IMG/VR virus record: IMGVR_UViG_3300028833_000064
Location: 64,001 to 128,000 of that record
Source: a virus
Lineage: Duplodnaviria > Caudoviricetes
DNA: 64,000 bases
Strand: one strand, 5' to 3'
Position 1 is the first letter of the stretch; each line of letters starts with the position of its first letter. Under the pieces are notes generated by a model that did not search any database, had not been told where the DNA came from, and saw only the letters and a program-made list of their open reading frames with translations. A program made the translations under genes and the position numbers. This document shows positions 45,567 to 55,269 of the stretch, piece by piece.

Positions 45567-46718
45567 TTAAATTGTTTGAATATCATCGTTTGTCCAAGTT
45601 CTTATTGTTGTCAAATTCTGCTCAACGTAGTTCTTTACATTGTTTGCTGTTGCAATACCATCGTTTGAACTGCTTGAACTTGATATGTCTTTTGTTTTAA
45701 GACTTGAAGTCAATGTCGATGTTAAAACTCCATCTGTTGTAGAGTTTGACACACTTACACTTATATAATCATTGCTTCCATTTGTTATTGGTGTTTCTCC
45801 AATTATTGAATTTATAACAACTGGAAGTGATATGTCTCCACTTGTTGAAGGTGTGTATGTTTTTCCGTTTATAGTTACGGATTTTACATAACCACTCAAA
45901 TCTATTGTTGTTGTACTAATGTCGACCCACTTGTAACTAGTACCACTCTGCACCGTCATAATTTGGTGGTAGTCACCAGTATATGATGTTGTTTTACAGA
46001 GATATATTCTGTTCATTGTGTTTTCACTTGCAGTGAGATTACCAGTACGTATCTGATTCGTGTCATAATAATGTGAATACCCAACAGGACAAGTTTCATT
46101 GCTGCTTGGTTCAATGTATTGAATCTGTCTTGACGAAAGTGTTACAAGTCTTGAATCAATGTCTGATATTGATGTCTGCACATCCGATGTTTCAGAATTA
46201 TATATTATGGACACATCTGTAGCATTACCGGTTGTTGCAACCTTCGACAGTGTAATGGTATTTGAGGTATTGTTCGATATGATACCGTTACTTTCGTTTA
46301 TTGAAGATTTTATTGAAACAACACCATTGTTGTCTGATGCTATTGTTATATCATTATCAAGACTATATATTGCATCGTCGACAGCTTTTGTTATCGAGCC
46401 ATTTCCTGTACCCGTTATTGTTGCAATAGAAACACCGTTTTGATTTATGTCGTCTCTCAATTTACTCAAAAGACTCGATGGTTCGTTTGCACTTGTGTCA
46501 TCTGTCAAGTTCAATGAAATCACAGAACCGTTTATGTCTGTAATTTGTAATGTTTTATTTGAATTGTTATATGTTGCAGATTTTACATTTGAACCAAATC
46601 TTTCACCACTTACCAATATGGTCTTTGTTATTGTATCAAATACAACAACACCTTCGATATTGTCTGTTGAACTGTTATATTCTTTTTTTCTTAATCTTAC
46701 ACTAACGTTATCGGCCAT
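45567..46718 (-). CDS. tail fibre-like Ser/Thr-rich protein
   Basis: GNGSITKAVDDA, KVATTGNATDV, DLSGYVKSVTINGK; N-terminus shared with an internal part of the LRR protein. Confidence 0.6.
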   Translation of the reverse strand: MADNVSVRLRKKEYNSSTDNIEGVVVFDTITKTILVSGERFGSNVKSATYNNSNKTLQITDINGSVISLNLTDDTSANEPSSLLSKLRDDINQNGVSIATITGTGNGSITKAVDDAIYSLDNDITIASDNNGVVSIKSSINESNGIISNNTSNTITLSKVATTGNATDVSIIYNSETSDVQTSISDIDSRLVTLSSRQIQYIEPSSNETCPVGYSHYYDTNQIRTGNLTASENTMNRIYLCKTTSYTGDYHQIMTVQSGTSYKWVDISTTTIDLSGYVKSVTINGKTYTPSTSGDISLPVVINSIIGETPITNGSNDYISVSVSNSTTDGVLTSTLTSSLKTKDISSSSSSNDGIATANNVKNYVEQNLTTIRTWTNDDIQTI

Positions 46719-46740
46719 TATTGATTGTTATTTTTTATAT

Positions 46741-46787
46741 AAAAAAGAATCATACCCAACAATTATTGTCAGATATGATTCTTTTTT
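46741..46787. terminator. bidirectional intrinsic terminator
   Basis: AAAAAAGAATCATA...TATGATTCTTTTT. Confidence 0.65.
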
Positions 46788-46832
46788 ATCCAACTTTGCT
46801 ATAATATATTTATGCAATGTTGTAGAATTTTG

Positions 46833-47330
46833 TTAGCGATTTTTGGCACAGTAACCAGTTTCCATCACACGTTCCAAAGCTTCTCCTTCAGCAAGTACAA
46901 CTTGAATGAAATGGTCTGCCGACATCTCAAAGACGGTGGAAATTGCACAGAACACACCATGAATTTCTGTCATGATTTTCCAAGCGGTACTCTGTGATTT
47001 ATACTTCGCCTTGGTCATGGCGACATTGTAACCATATTCCTCACTATACGGGTCTCCACTATCACTTCTGTGAATTGTCTCACCCTTGAATCTTCTTGTC
47101 CAACCACCGAGTTTGTAATCATACTTGAAACCATACTTTTCAAGAATGTTTCTAATAAACTCTGGGACTTCTTTAAAACCGAGTTCGGCAAGTTCCTTAT
47201 TCAACTTGGTTTCTTTGAAAATGCATGGGATACTTACAATCGTTTTTGTATAAGTGATTCCATCGATTTCTTGTTTTACTACTTTTACGCTTTTTTTCTT
47301 CTCGTCGTAAGTAAGTTTGATTCTGTTCAT
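46833..47330 (-). CDS. conserved phage hypothetical protein
   Basis: GDPYSEEYGYNVAMTKA motif. Confidence 0.65.
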   Translation of the reverse strand: MNRIKLTYDEKKKSVKVVKQEIDGITYTKTIVSIPCIFKETKLNKELAELGFKEVPEFIRNILEKYGFKYDYKLGGWTRRFKGETIHRSDSGDPYSEEYGYNVAMTKAKYKSQSTAWKIMTEIHGVFCAISTVFEMSADHFIQVVLAEGEALERVMETGYCAKNR

Positions 47331-47354
47331 TTTTCTAAATATTTAATTAAACTT

Positions 47355-47840
47355 TTAATAAAAAATTTCTTGAAGATTATCAACACACACGTCCGTACAT
47401 ATATCATCCACATAAAATGTGACATCTACTCCAATTGTATGGGGATATTCACCATCTGCTTCATACTCTCTATATTGAACAATAAAACCACCACATTTTA
47501 TTGTACATTTTCTATCAATCGCTTCATCGATAAGTTTGAACATACATTTTTTAATCTCATCTACCGTTGGAATACCGGATTCTGCATCTGCCCAATTCCA
47601 TCCAACATTTTCCATGTGATTGTGTATCTTTACGAGGTCTATTTCTCTAAGACAGTTCTCTTTTATTTTTCTTTTAATATCCTCTATGTTTTCAACTTGT
47701 GTATTAATCTTTGTTTTACAATAAGGACATTCAACAAGACCGAAATCAATGTCTGACTTTTCATATGTGAATACACATCCACATTTTTTACAAGTCATTT
47801 CAATGGGATTACTTCCTTTTTTTATTATGTTTATCGCCAT
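47355..47840 (-). CDS. Zn-ribbon protein
   Basis: CKKCGC...CPYC. Confidence 0.6.
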   Translation of the reverse strand: MAINIIKKGSNPIEMTCKKCGCVFTYEKSDIDFGLVECPYCKTKINTQVENIEDIKRKIKENCLREIDLVKIHNHMENVGWNWADAESGIPTVDEIKKCMFKLIDEAIDRKCTIKCGGFIVQYREYEADGEYPHTIGVDVTFYVDDICTDVCVDNLQEIFY

Positions 47841-47859
47841 ATCTAAGCTCCATTTATTC

Positions 47860-47872
47860 TAAATATAACAAA
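47860..47872 (-). promoter_or_regulatory. Class III promoter motif
   Basis: TTTGTTATATTTA about 20 nt upstream of 47840. Confidence 0.55.
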
Positions 47873-47945
47873 TTATTTTCCTATTTTCATCAAAATACTA
47901 ATAATTTCTTCATTTATTTCTTCCAATAATTCATTGGATAATATT

Positions 47946-49667
47946 TTAGTCAAATCTTCCATCTTTTCCATAAAAATAGATAACCGTTGGGAACCTAAGT
48001 GATATACCTCCTTGCATATTATTTGTTTCCTCAAAATATTGAACCTTAACAATAGAACCTTTGATTTCTTCGGGATGGTCGTGTAGATATTCTCGTTCCT
48101 CTTTCGAAAATCCAGAACCAACTTTGACATCAAATCCTTTGTGTTTGATTACAATAGCCGAGAGAACCTCTTTTTCTACTTGACGACCTTCTTCTACAAA
48201 TCTCATATTTCCCATCTCATAGTCAACAACCTCATATTCATTGTCAAAGAAACCTTTTACCTTTAACAAATTATTTGTTCTACCACACTCATAAGGAACA
48301 TCCTTTCTAATCATAAGACCTTCCCAACCTCTTTCACGTGACTTTGCAAATTGTTTCATCAAATCCTCCTTTGATTCAACCTTTGTCTGCTCTACAAGAT
48401 TGAAATTTTCACCAATAACACCACCATTCTCTAAGAAAAATCTTTTCAACTTTTCATATCTTTCTGTGAATTTGGGACTTATTGTACGACCAAAGAACTC
48501 ATCTTCTGTCAAAATGTCAAACACTTTCATAACCGGATGCTCTATGGTATAGTTTTTCTTCGTGATTACTTTCATAATCTCTTGAAAATTCTCGTTACCG
48601 TCTTTATCCACGATGCAGACTTCACCATCCAATACAAAATCACCGGAAACGTTTTGAATAATATTTCTAATAACATCGAGAGTTTTTATTTCCTTGCCTT
48701 GTCTAGAGAAACATACGACACCCCTTTTATTTTTAATGAGAATCAAACGATTACCGTCAAGTTTTCTGGACCATAACCACACCTCACGTAAAAAGTCTAC
48801 CTTATCCTCACGGTCAAAGTACTTGTTAGCAAGGGCGACATACTCAGTGAACGGAAGTTTTACGGGAAACACTTTCGCCATAGTTTTTACATTCACACCA
48901 CATTTGAAGTCTTTGTCGAGAATCATCTTGAACATTTTAACAGATTTTTCACCATAATCTCTATCCAACATATCGACAAACTTCTTTGTTGTTGCCAATG
49001 CAGTGTCACCGGTTAGTCTTCTTTTTGACAAATCGTCAAGAAGTGTCATAAATTCACTATATATGTTTCCGACCGTATCTTTTGAGAAATCGTCAACTTT
49101 TTCAGATGTTATTCCAAACGTGATGTCACCATCATATATATAATTTAAAATCTTATTATAATATAACATTCTGTCAATATAGACATCACTGTTTTTAAAA
49201 CGTGTCAAAATATCAATTTTCAACTTGGTGGATGAAATTGATGCAAGACTCTCATGTAAATTATAAAGTGTTTCAAGAAATAAATTTACATCAACAATTT
49301 TATTCTGTGTTGCATTGATTGAAATTATACTATCTATTACCGTGAGTTCCTCACCGGTTTCTTCATTTATTTCTTTATGACAGTAACCTGTTGGAAAAAA
49401 TCTGAAATAATTTGGAGATTTTTCAATCGTCTGTTTAAATGCAGTACCTTCAGCAGTGCATTCAATTGGAGTTATGTCACCAACAATTGTGTTGTCTTCA
49501 TTCTTATAGATTTCGTTAACCATATATCCTGAATGTTTCAATCGTATTGTTGGTTCTGGATGGTCTATCGTACCAACACAATCTCCCCTTTTAACCCTTT
49601 CAACAAATTCTGACATAACTTTATCAGGAATTTTAAAGTTTTTTCCAAGTTCTATGTTTATTTTCAT
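47946..49667 (-). CDS. ATP-dependent DNA ligase with an extra N-terminal prohead-protease-like domain
   Basis: RKLDGNR, VLDGEV, FDIL, EGLMIR, LLKVK, VGSGF, LRFP; about 120-aa N-terminal extension. Confidence 0.92.
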   Translation of the reverse strand: MKINIELGKNFKIPDKVMSEFVERVKRGDCVGTIDHPEPTIRLKHSGYMVNEIYKNEDNTIVGDITPIECTAEGTAFKQTIEKSPNYFRFFPTGYCHKEINEETGEELTVIDSIISINATQNKIVDVNLFLETLYNLHESLASISSTKLKIDILTRFKNSDVYIDRMLYYNKILNYIYDGDITFGITSEKVDDFSKDTVGNIYSEFMTLLDDLSKRRLTGDTALATTKKFVDMLDRDYGEKSVKMFKMILDKDFKCGVNVKTMAKVFPVKLPFTEYVALANKYFDREDKVDFLREVWLWSRKLDGNRLILIKNKRGVVCFSRQGKEIKTLDVIRNIIQNVSGDFVLDGEVCIVDKDGNENFQEIMKVITKKNYTIEHPVMKVFDILTEDEFFGRTISPKFTERYEKLKRFFLENGGVIGENFNLVEQTKVESKEDLMKQFAKSRERGWEGLMIRKDVPYECGRTNNLLKVKGFFDNEYEVVDYEMGNMRFVEEGRQVEKEVLSAIVIKHKGFDVKVGSGFSKEEREYLHDHPEEIKGSIVKVQYFEETNNMQGGISLRFPTVIYFYGKDGRFD

Positions 49668-50410
49668 TTTTCGTAATTAAAATCTGTTATGATGAATGGT
49701 GAACCATCCGTCTTATATTTTTTATAATCATCATCAGTAAAACAATTACTTACTGCACAGTCAAGACAGACATACATATCACTATCCAAACCATTCAATA
49801 TGTTTTTGTCATTTATATCCATAACTTTATGGAAGTTGTAATACACTTTTACAGAATCTGGATACCAAAACAAATCACATCTATTTTCTTTTTTGAGTTT
49901 TTGATACCATTGATATGTTAAATTAGTTGTACCGAAGTTACCATACCCTTTTCCAAAAACATTATCACCATCTCGTCCATAGAATACACCGGGATGGATA
50001 CGATTTAATCCAAGAAACTTCTTATAGTTTGGTTTATTTTTACAGAAGTATCCTTCTCCACTCCATCCTTCAACAATATCAATTTCGGGTGGCCAATTGT
50101 CCCATCCACTTAACCAAATTGCCGGCCACAGATGTACACCGATGGGTAGTATGTATTTAAACTCAAAGTGTCCGAATCTGAATCTTTCCAAAGTTGATAT
50201 ATATCCACATCCATATGGTTTTGTGTGATTGATATCTCCATCGAAATATTTTGCATCATCCACAACACTTAAAATTAAGTTATCGTTATGGTCTTTTTTT
50301 ACACAATCTTCATTAGAGTACCATAACTGGTTTTTATCTGAATGGGCGACACCCCAAGGTTGTCCGTTCATCCATCCATAACCTTTCCAATCAAATAATT
50401 TTTCAAACAT
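49664..50410 (-). CDS. glycoside hydrolase family 16
   Basis: WPAIWL...WPPEIDIVEG catalytic ExDxxE; no signal peptide. Confidence 0.85.
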   Translation of the reverse strand: MFEKLFDWKGYGWMNGQPWGVAHSDKNQLWYSNEDCVKKDHNDNLILSVVDDAKYFDGDINHTKPYGCGYISTLERFRFGHFEFKYILPIGVHLWPAIWLSGWDNWPPEIDIVEGWSGEGYFCKNKPNYKKFLGLNRIHPGVFYGRDGDNVFGKGYGNFGTTNLTYQWYQKLKKENRCDLFWYPDSVKVYYNFHKVMDINDKNILNGLDSDMYVCLDCAVSNCFTDDDYKKYKTDGSPFIITDFNYEK

Positions 50411-50411
50411 A

Positions 50412-51539
50412 TTAAAACAATGATATTTTATATTTTTTATCTATAAACATTCTCTTAAAAATGAAATAAAGTACTGATACGACTATACTGTTACCGGCAA
50501 GTTTTAGACATTGTGACCTAGGTGTGACTTCCATGATTTTGTCTATGTCTGATTCATCAACATCCATCAACCTGAAATTTTCTCTAGGTGTAAAATATCT
50601 GACTTTTAAACAATGGTCTATATTGTCAAATGTCACCTTATCATATTCATTTTCGATTGGTTCTATAAGAATGTTATCCTTTAGTACGGTAGTTACTGTA
50701 TTTGCACAACAATTTTCACCAATGTCATAATACTTGGAACCACTTCTGAACTTTGCACCATTGTCTCCGAAATTATGTCGTCTCAACTTCTCCTCATCCG
50801 TCCTTCTCATCTTCAATACTTGTGGATATTTTATTTCCATATTGTTAAGACGACAACCGACAGGTCTGTTTTCTATGGCATATTTGAACATCTCAACCAA
50901 TGTTTCTTTTTTAAAATAATCGTCTGTTGGAACGTTTTCCTCAATGATGTCAAAAACGTGTTTTTTTAGTTCAACACCAGATGGGAACTCAAACCATTCA
51001 TCACCGAGAATAGATACCATAAAGACACGTTTTCTTGATTGTGGAACACCATAGTCCATAGAGTTCAACATTTTGAAAAAGTTTTGATACCCATAAGACT
51101 CAAGTATGTCACACCATTTGTTAAAATTTTTTTTGTGTTTCTTCGACAGAATGTTGTCAACATTCTCCATTAATAGATACTTCGGTCTTTTTATCTCAAC
51201 CGTTTTTCTACATTCCCACAACAATGACGAGCGTGTACCGGCACCCTCTACGAAACCCTTTCCGAACCCACCGATTGAAATATCTTGACATGGAAAACTA
51301 TATGTGAATAAATCAAAGTCCGGAACATCGTTCCAATCTATTTTCGAAATATCCCCATAGTTTTTATCGACAGAATCTGGAAACAGGGCGTTATGGGCAT
51401 TTATTGCATATCTATCTATCTCACTCCATCCAACCAAATCATAATCGAATAAATCGGGGAAGTCTCGCTTCAGTCTATCCAAAGCGAGACATTGACTGTC
51501 ATATCCACTAAATGCAGTAAATACCCTTATTTTATTCAT
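50412..51539 (-). CDS. DNA (cytosine-5)-methyltransferase
   Basis: FSGYDS, YSFPCQDIS, MENV, PQSRKRVF, LAGNSI. Confidence 0.93.
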   Translation of the reverse strand: MNKIRVFTAFSGYDSQCLALDRLKRDFPDLFDYDLVGWSEIDRYAINAHNALFPDSVDKNYGDISKIDWNDVPDFDLFTYSFPCQDISIGGFGKGFVEGAGTRSSLLWECRKTVEIKRPKYLLMENVDNILSKKHKKNFNKWCDILESYGYQNFFKMLNSMDYGVPQSRKRVFMVSILGDEWFEFPSGVELKKHVFDIIEENVPTDDYFKKETLVEMFKYAIENRPVGCRLNNMEIKYPQVLKMRRTDEEKLRRHNFGDNGAKFRSGSKYYDIGENCCANTVTTVLKDNILIEPIENEYDKVTFDNIDHCLKVRYFTPRENFRLMDVDESDIDKIMEVTPRSQCLKLAGNSIVVSVLYFIFKRMFIDKKYKISLF

Positions 51540-52069
51540 TTTCTTTTATTCAATTTTTCCAATACAATATCGAGGATTGATTTGTATCCGTCAACATTTC
51601 CATTTATAATCATGTATGGAATTTCACTTTCATCAAGTGTGTTCTTAATCTTATCGTCAATATTCTTTGCCTCATCCTCGTTCTGAAATCTTCCATTTTG
51701 GTCATAAGGAACAGTTCTTTTCAACAACACGTTGATATTGTTTTCCTCATACTTGTTAAACTCTTCGAGAACTGCTGCTTTAAGTACTTTGGATTCGTCA
51801 TACACCATACTTATAGCAATTGGTGAATCGGTGATAATAACATCAACTTTTCCAAAGCATCTTGAAATTTTGAAAGCCTGTTTACCGGCGATATAAAACT
51901 CACACTTGAAAACTTCTCCATTATTTTCCCACACTTTGTCTTTTGCAAACTCAGAGACATACTCACAGTCTATTCCGTTTAATTTAAGTTGTGAAAACAA
52001 CCAAGATGCACCGGTGGTCTTGCCACAACCAGGACCGGCGAAAAAATTTACAACGATTGTATCTTTCAT
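51536..52069 (-). CDS. AAA_28/NadR-like nucleotide kinase
   Basis: FAGPGCGKTT, EFAK, IITDSP, GRFQ. Confidence 0.75.
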   Translation of the reverse strand: MKDTIVVNFFAGPGCGKTTGASWLFSQLKLNGIDCEYVSEFAKDKVWENNGEVFKCEFYIAGKQAFKISRCFGKVDVIITDSPIAISMVYDESKVLKAAVLEEFNKYEENNINVLLKRTVPYDQNGRFQNEDEAKNIDDKIKNTLDESEIPYMIINGNVDGYKSILDIVLEKLNKRK

Positions 52070-52072
52070 AAA

Positions 52073-52570
52073 TTACAGATTTAATTTTTTATATGCTATT
52101 TTTAATTCATTTTCAATATCATTCACCAAATCGGAATACTTTCTTATTTCTTCCAAGTTTTTTCTATCCGGAAGCAATCCAAGTTTAGATAACTGCCTAA
52201 TCGTCTTGTTACTTTCATCAAATGAACGTAGTGTGGAGATTATTCTTTCAATCTCATCCTTTGCATCCAATTTGGCAGCGTGTTTTGTGTAATGAGAACA
52301 CTCCCAGTCAATGACCATTGCATCCCAGTCTGCATGTTTGGTTCCATGTAGAAATACATATAGAAGATGATGACGACTGTGTTTGTTATGGAACATTTGT
52401 ACTTTGTCATAACTCATAAACAGTCTCATCCAAGGCTTGTACCAATCGTGAAATAAATATTTGAATTTCCATTGGTGACAATTGAGGGCGACCATCTGAA
52501 AAGAACACCAATGGGCGAACCAGTATGGGAACGAACTCCTATCTTCTTTTGTAAAACCGTACTTTTTCAT
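52073..52570 (-). CDS. HD-like metal-dependent hydrolase (DUF5662-like)
   Basis: FAHW, FHDWYK, HSRHH, MVIDWE. Confidence 0.55.
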   Translation of the reverse strand: MKKYGFTKEDRSSFPYWFAHWCSFQMVALNCHQWKFKYLFHDWYKPWMRLFMSYDKVQMFHNKHSRHHLLYVFLHGTKHADWDAMVIDWECSHYTKHAAKLDAKDEIERIISTLRSFDESNKTIRQLSKLGLLPDRKNLEEIRKYSDLVNDIENELKIAYKKLNL

Positions 52571-52577
52571 AACATAT

Positions 52578-52625
52578 TAAATATAACAAAAATGGAGAAA
52601 GAAGTAAATTCTTTCTCCATTTTTG
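52578..52625 (-). terminator. terminator after the tRNA cluster, fused to a class III motif
   Basis: AAAAATGGAGAAAGAA-GTAAA-TTCTTTCTCCATTTTT; motif at 52578-52590. Confidence 0.7.
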
Positions 52626-52640
52626 TTTTAGTTATTTTTG

Positions 52641-52713
52641 AGTTCCGTGAGGGATTCGAACCCCCGTGCCAGGTTTTGCAGACCCGTGCCTGAACCGACT
52701 CGGCCAACGGAAC
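52641..52713 (-). tRNA. tRNA-Cys(GCA)
   Basis: GTTCCGT acceptor stem, CT-GCA-AA loop, GTTCGAATC T-loop; CCA not encoded. Confidence 0.92.
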
Positions 52714-52720
52714 ATTTTAG

Positions 52721-52792
52721 TTCACCCATCAGGATTCGAACCCGAATCAACTGGTCCGTAGCCAGTCGTTCTATCCATTGAACTATGGGTGA
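52721..52792 (-). tRNA. tRNA-Arg(ACG)
   Basis: TCACCCA/TGGGTGA acceptor, ACTGG-CTACGGA-CCAGT anticodon arm, TTCGAAT. Confidence 0.92.
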
Positions 52793-52798
52793 ATTTTG

Positions 52799-52871
52799 TA
52801 CCCCCGCTGGGACTCGAACCCAAGTTTCCACCTTGAGAGGGTGGCGTCCTAACCGATTAGACGACGGGGGC
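52799..52871 (-). tRNA. tRNA-Glu(CTC)
   Basis: GCCCCCG acceptor, CCACC-CTCTCAA-GGTGG anticodon arm, GTTCGAGTC. Confidence 0.92.
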
Positions 52872-52903
52872 AAGTTTCCCACACGAATGTGGGATTGTTT
52901 GTA

Positions 52904-53560
52904 TTAGTCTTCCGGTGCAATATAACCGAAAACGGGAACTGTGTCTGTCGTAATAACAGTGTCGGCCATAATGGTGTCGTTCACATCAGGTTCATCGAAT
53001 CCCTCAAACACGGGGTTTGTGGCGCTCACACTACCTGTCATCACATCAACATAGACTTGACACTGCTGGTTTCCAAAAATGTATTGTGGGTTACAATCTT
53101 TGGGTCCGACCTCTTTACGGATGACACAATGTCTGCTGTGTGGTTTTGGGCAATTTGCCTTATACATCTGTGACAATGCCTTTTCAAGATTAACCTTGAA
53201 TGGGGCAAATGTGTCCATTCTGTTATCACCTACCCAGATACCATACTTTTCCTCAACTACCATGGTGTCTTTGGTGTGTGCAATCATCACAACCTTTTCG
53301 GTGAAAGTGGAACTGTCGATAACAGTCACAATCTTGTAGATGTTGGCCACGCCGGCGACCTCGTGTCCGTTGTCTTCATCGAGGAAATCGACGAAATCGA
53401 TGCAGCACTCGAGCCACTGATAGTCATCATTTGCATAGTTTTCAGCCATGTACTTGGCATCTTCTTGGTTGATTTTTTCAACCCATCCGTCCTTGTTACA
53501 CGATGTGACAAACATTGCAGCAAGGAACATGATTACACTTAAAAAAATGTTTTTCTTCAT
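52904..53560 (-). CDS. lipoprotein, possible PepSY-like C-terminal part
   Basis: Lipobox FVTSC; VYVDVMTGSV. Confidence 0.65.
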   Translation of the reverse strand: MKKNIFLSVIMFLAAMFVTSCNKDGWVEKINQEDAKYMAENYANDDYQWLECCIDFVDFLDEDNGHEVAGVANIYKIVTVIDSSTFTEKVVMIAHTKDTMVVEEKYGIWVGDNRMDTFAPFKVNLEKALSQMYKANCPKPHSRHCVIRKEVGPKDCNPQYIFGNQQCQVYVDVMTGSVSATNPVFEGFDEPDVNDTIMADTVITTDTVPVFGYIAPED

Positions 53561-53591
53561 AGATTTTTTGTTATTTTGTTTATATTATTTA

Positions 53592-54029
53592 TTATATTAC
53601 TTTGTACCCTAGATTTTCTAGAAGACGTATAGCTTCTTTCTTTTTCTTTTCAATCATTTGTCTCTTTTGTTTTTCACTTTCATATACATGCTTATCGATT
53701 AACTTTTTTTGGAGTTCAATTCTTTTTTCACGCTCTTCTGGTGATTCTTTTATTTCTTCTTCGGTTTCAATGCATATTGATGGTACCGTATCTTCATCAT
53801 CACATAAATCACAATTATAATATCCCTCAAATACATTTATGATGAATCTTATATTATTTCTTTCTTTGAATTTATCTCTAGCCTTGACTAGTTTATCGAC
53901 AAATGCAGAAAAATCTTTATTTGTCATACGTATTTCGTTGGTTGCATCAAAATCACCGAAAACTTGACAAACTTTTTCTCTTTTATATGTCGATACGTTA
54001 TCTTCTATTTTAATACCTTTATATTTCAT
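53592..54029 (-). CDS. hypothetical protein
   Basis: ORF with the class II motif only 5 nt upstream of the ATG. Confidence 0.6.
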   Translation of the reverse strand: MKYKGIKIEDNVSTYKREKVCQVFGDFDATNEIRMTNKDFSAFVDKLVKARDKFKERNNIRFIINVFEGYYNCDLCDDEDTVPSICIETEEEIKESPEEREKRIELQKKLIDKHVYESEKQKRQMIEKKKKEAIRLLENLGYKVI

Positions 54030-54034
54030 GTTTA

Positions 54035-54046
54035 AAAGATACTATT
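54035..54046 (-). promoter_or_regulatory. Class II promoter motif
   Basis: AATAGTATCTTT; implies a near-leaderless mRNA. Confidence 0.6.
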
Positions 54047-54068
54047 ATTTATTCATATTCTTAAAAAA

Positions 54069-54284
54069 TCACCATCCTTTTTTTAAATCGGAAAATGTTA
54101 TCTTGTTATCCTTTTTAGAATTTATTATCCTCCAAAACTGATTGAATGATATAGAAAAGTCTTCATAAAAGATAACAAGGTCATCCGATGTAAATCTTGT
54201 TCCTATTTTTTCTTTTGAATTTTCACCGTCCGGAAATGTTCCAAAATCAAAATGGTCAAAAATATGTCCTATTTCTTTTATCAT
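54069..54284 (-). CDS. hypothetical protein
   Basis: ORF in operon. Confidence 0.5.
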   Translation of the reverse strand: MIKEIGHIFDHFDFGTFPDGENSKEKIGTRFTSDDLVIFYEDFSISFNQFWRIINSKKDNKITFSDLKKGW

Positions 54285-54295
54285 CTTTTTTTTTA

Positions 54296-54646
54296 TTATT
54301 TTTCACGTAGATATAATTCCACTTTTCTCTTTGCTTTCAGAGCTTCAAGTATTTCTTCTGGTACTTCCTCTATATATGCAAAGTAAAAATATTCACTACT
54401 ATTGGCAGGGTCGTTAGCATCTCTGTAAGAATACCAACATTTGTATAGTTTGTCATTCTGTATCCTATTTTTTACGGATGGGTCGAAATATCCTACATGT
54501 CTGTAGTCACCAAGAAAATCTGGTTCACTTTCGAAAAGTTGACTACCTTTAAACAAATCGACACTGAAATCCGACAATTTACTATAACCCCAAGGTCCAT
54601 TATTTTTTATTTTTTCATCTGTTGGTTTTTTCTGAATTTGTGACAT
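54296..54646 (-). CDS. hypothetical protein
   Basis: ORF in operon. Confidence 0.6.
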   Translation of the reverse strand: MSQIQKKPTDEKIKNNGPWGYSKLSDFSVDLFKGSQLFESEPDFLGDYRHVGYFDPSVKNRIQNDKLYKCWYSYRDANDPANSSEYFYFAYIEEVPEEILEALKAKRKVELYLREK

Positions 54647-54675
54647 TCATCAATATCCTTTCCTTATTTTTTTAA

Positions 54676-54921
54676 TCATAATTCTTCTGTTGTTGTTTTA
54701 TAAAAGTCAGAAATCTCGACTGTCAAATTTCTATATCTCTCGTCTTGCAATTCATACTCCTCTATATATTTAGTGACAACTTTCTTTATGTCTTTTTTAT
54801 TGCAGTCGAACCTTCTTGCTGAAAAATAATCATCCTCCAACCATTCATTCTCATCCTCATCAAAATACTCATACTTCCAAGAAAAGGATACAAACCACGA
54901 ATAGTCTCTTCCAACTTTCAT
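54676..54921 (-). CDS. hypothetical protein
   Basis: ORF with ATGA overlap. Confidence 0.55.
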   Translation of the reverse strand: MKVGRDYSWFVSFSWKYEYFDEDENEWLEDDYFSARRFDCNKKDIKKVVTKYIEEYELQDERYRNLTVEISDFYKTTTEEL

Positions 54922-55109
54922 AATTTTTTATCTTCGTTTAAATATTCCCAACTAATCACTTTGGTATCTATTTGATAACCCGGTGGAATTATAAACATAT
55001 CTGTGTATGTGTCAAAGTCTATGAGTGCTTCGACTTCTGTCCATGTTTTTAGTTTTGCACGGACGGTTACATATCTTTCACCAAACGGAGCTTCCGGTAT
55101 TCCTATCAT
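54918..55109 (-). CDS. hypothetical protein
   Basis: ORF in operon. Confidence 0.5.
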   Translation of the reverse strand: MIGIPEAPFGERYVTVRAKLKTWTEVEALIDFDTYTDMFIIPPGYQIDTKVISWEYLNEDKKL

Positions 55110-55269
55110 AATTGTGTTGATTTATCCTAATGGAATAGATGCTTCGGAATATATTTTCATGGGATTCCCGAAAATGGAAATAAACTTATTCCATTGAATG
55201 TTATTACGATTCTGTAAAATTTCTATAATACTGTCTACAATACACATCCCTTTTTAAATTTCATCTCTT

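Noticed and set aside
47873-48133. 86-aa ORF overlapping the DNA ligase 3' end
   Set aside because: Mostly an alternate frame of the ligase; at most the last about 32 codons (MEKMEDL...) may be a real small gene
47946-49667. Intein in the DNA ligase or NTase explaining their extra length
   Set aside because: No C/S...HN splice motifs or LAGLIDADG blocks; the extra sequence is terminal, not inserted
52628-52882. 84-aa ORF in the ORF track
   Set aside because: It overlaps three well-formed tRNA genes on the same strand
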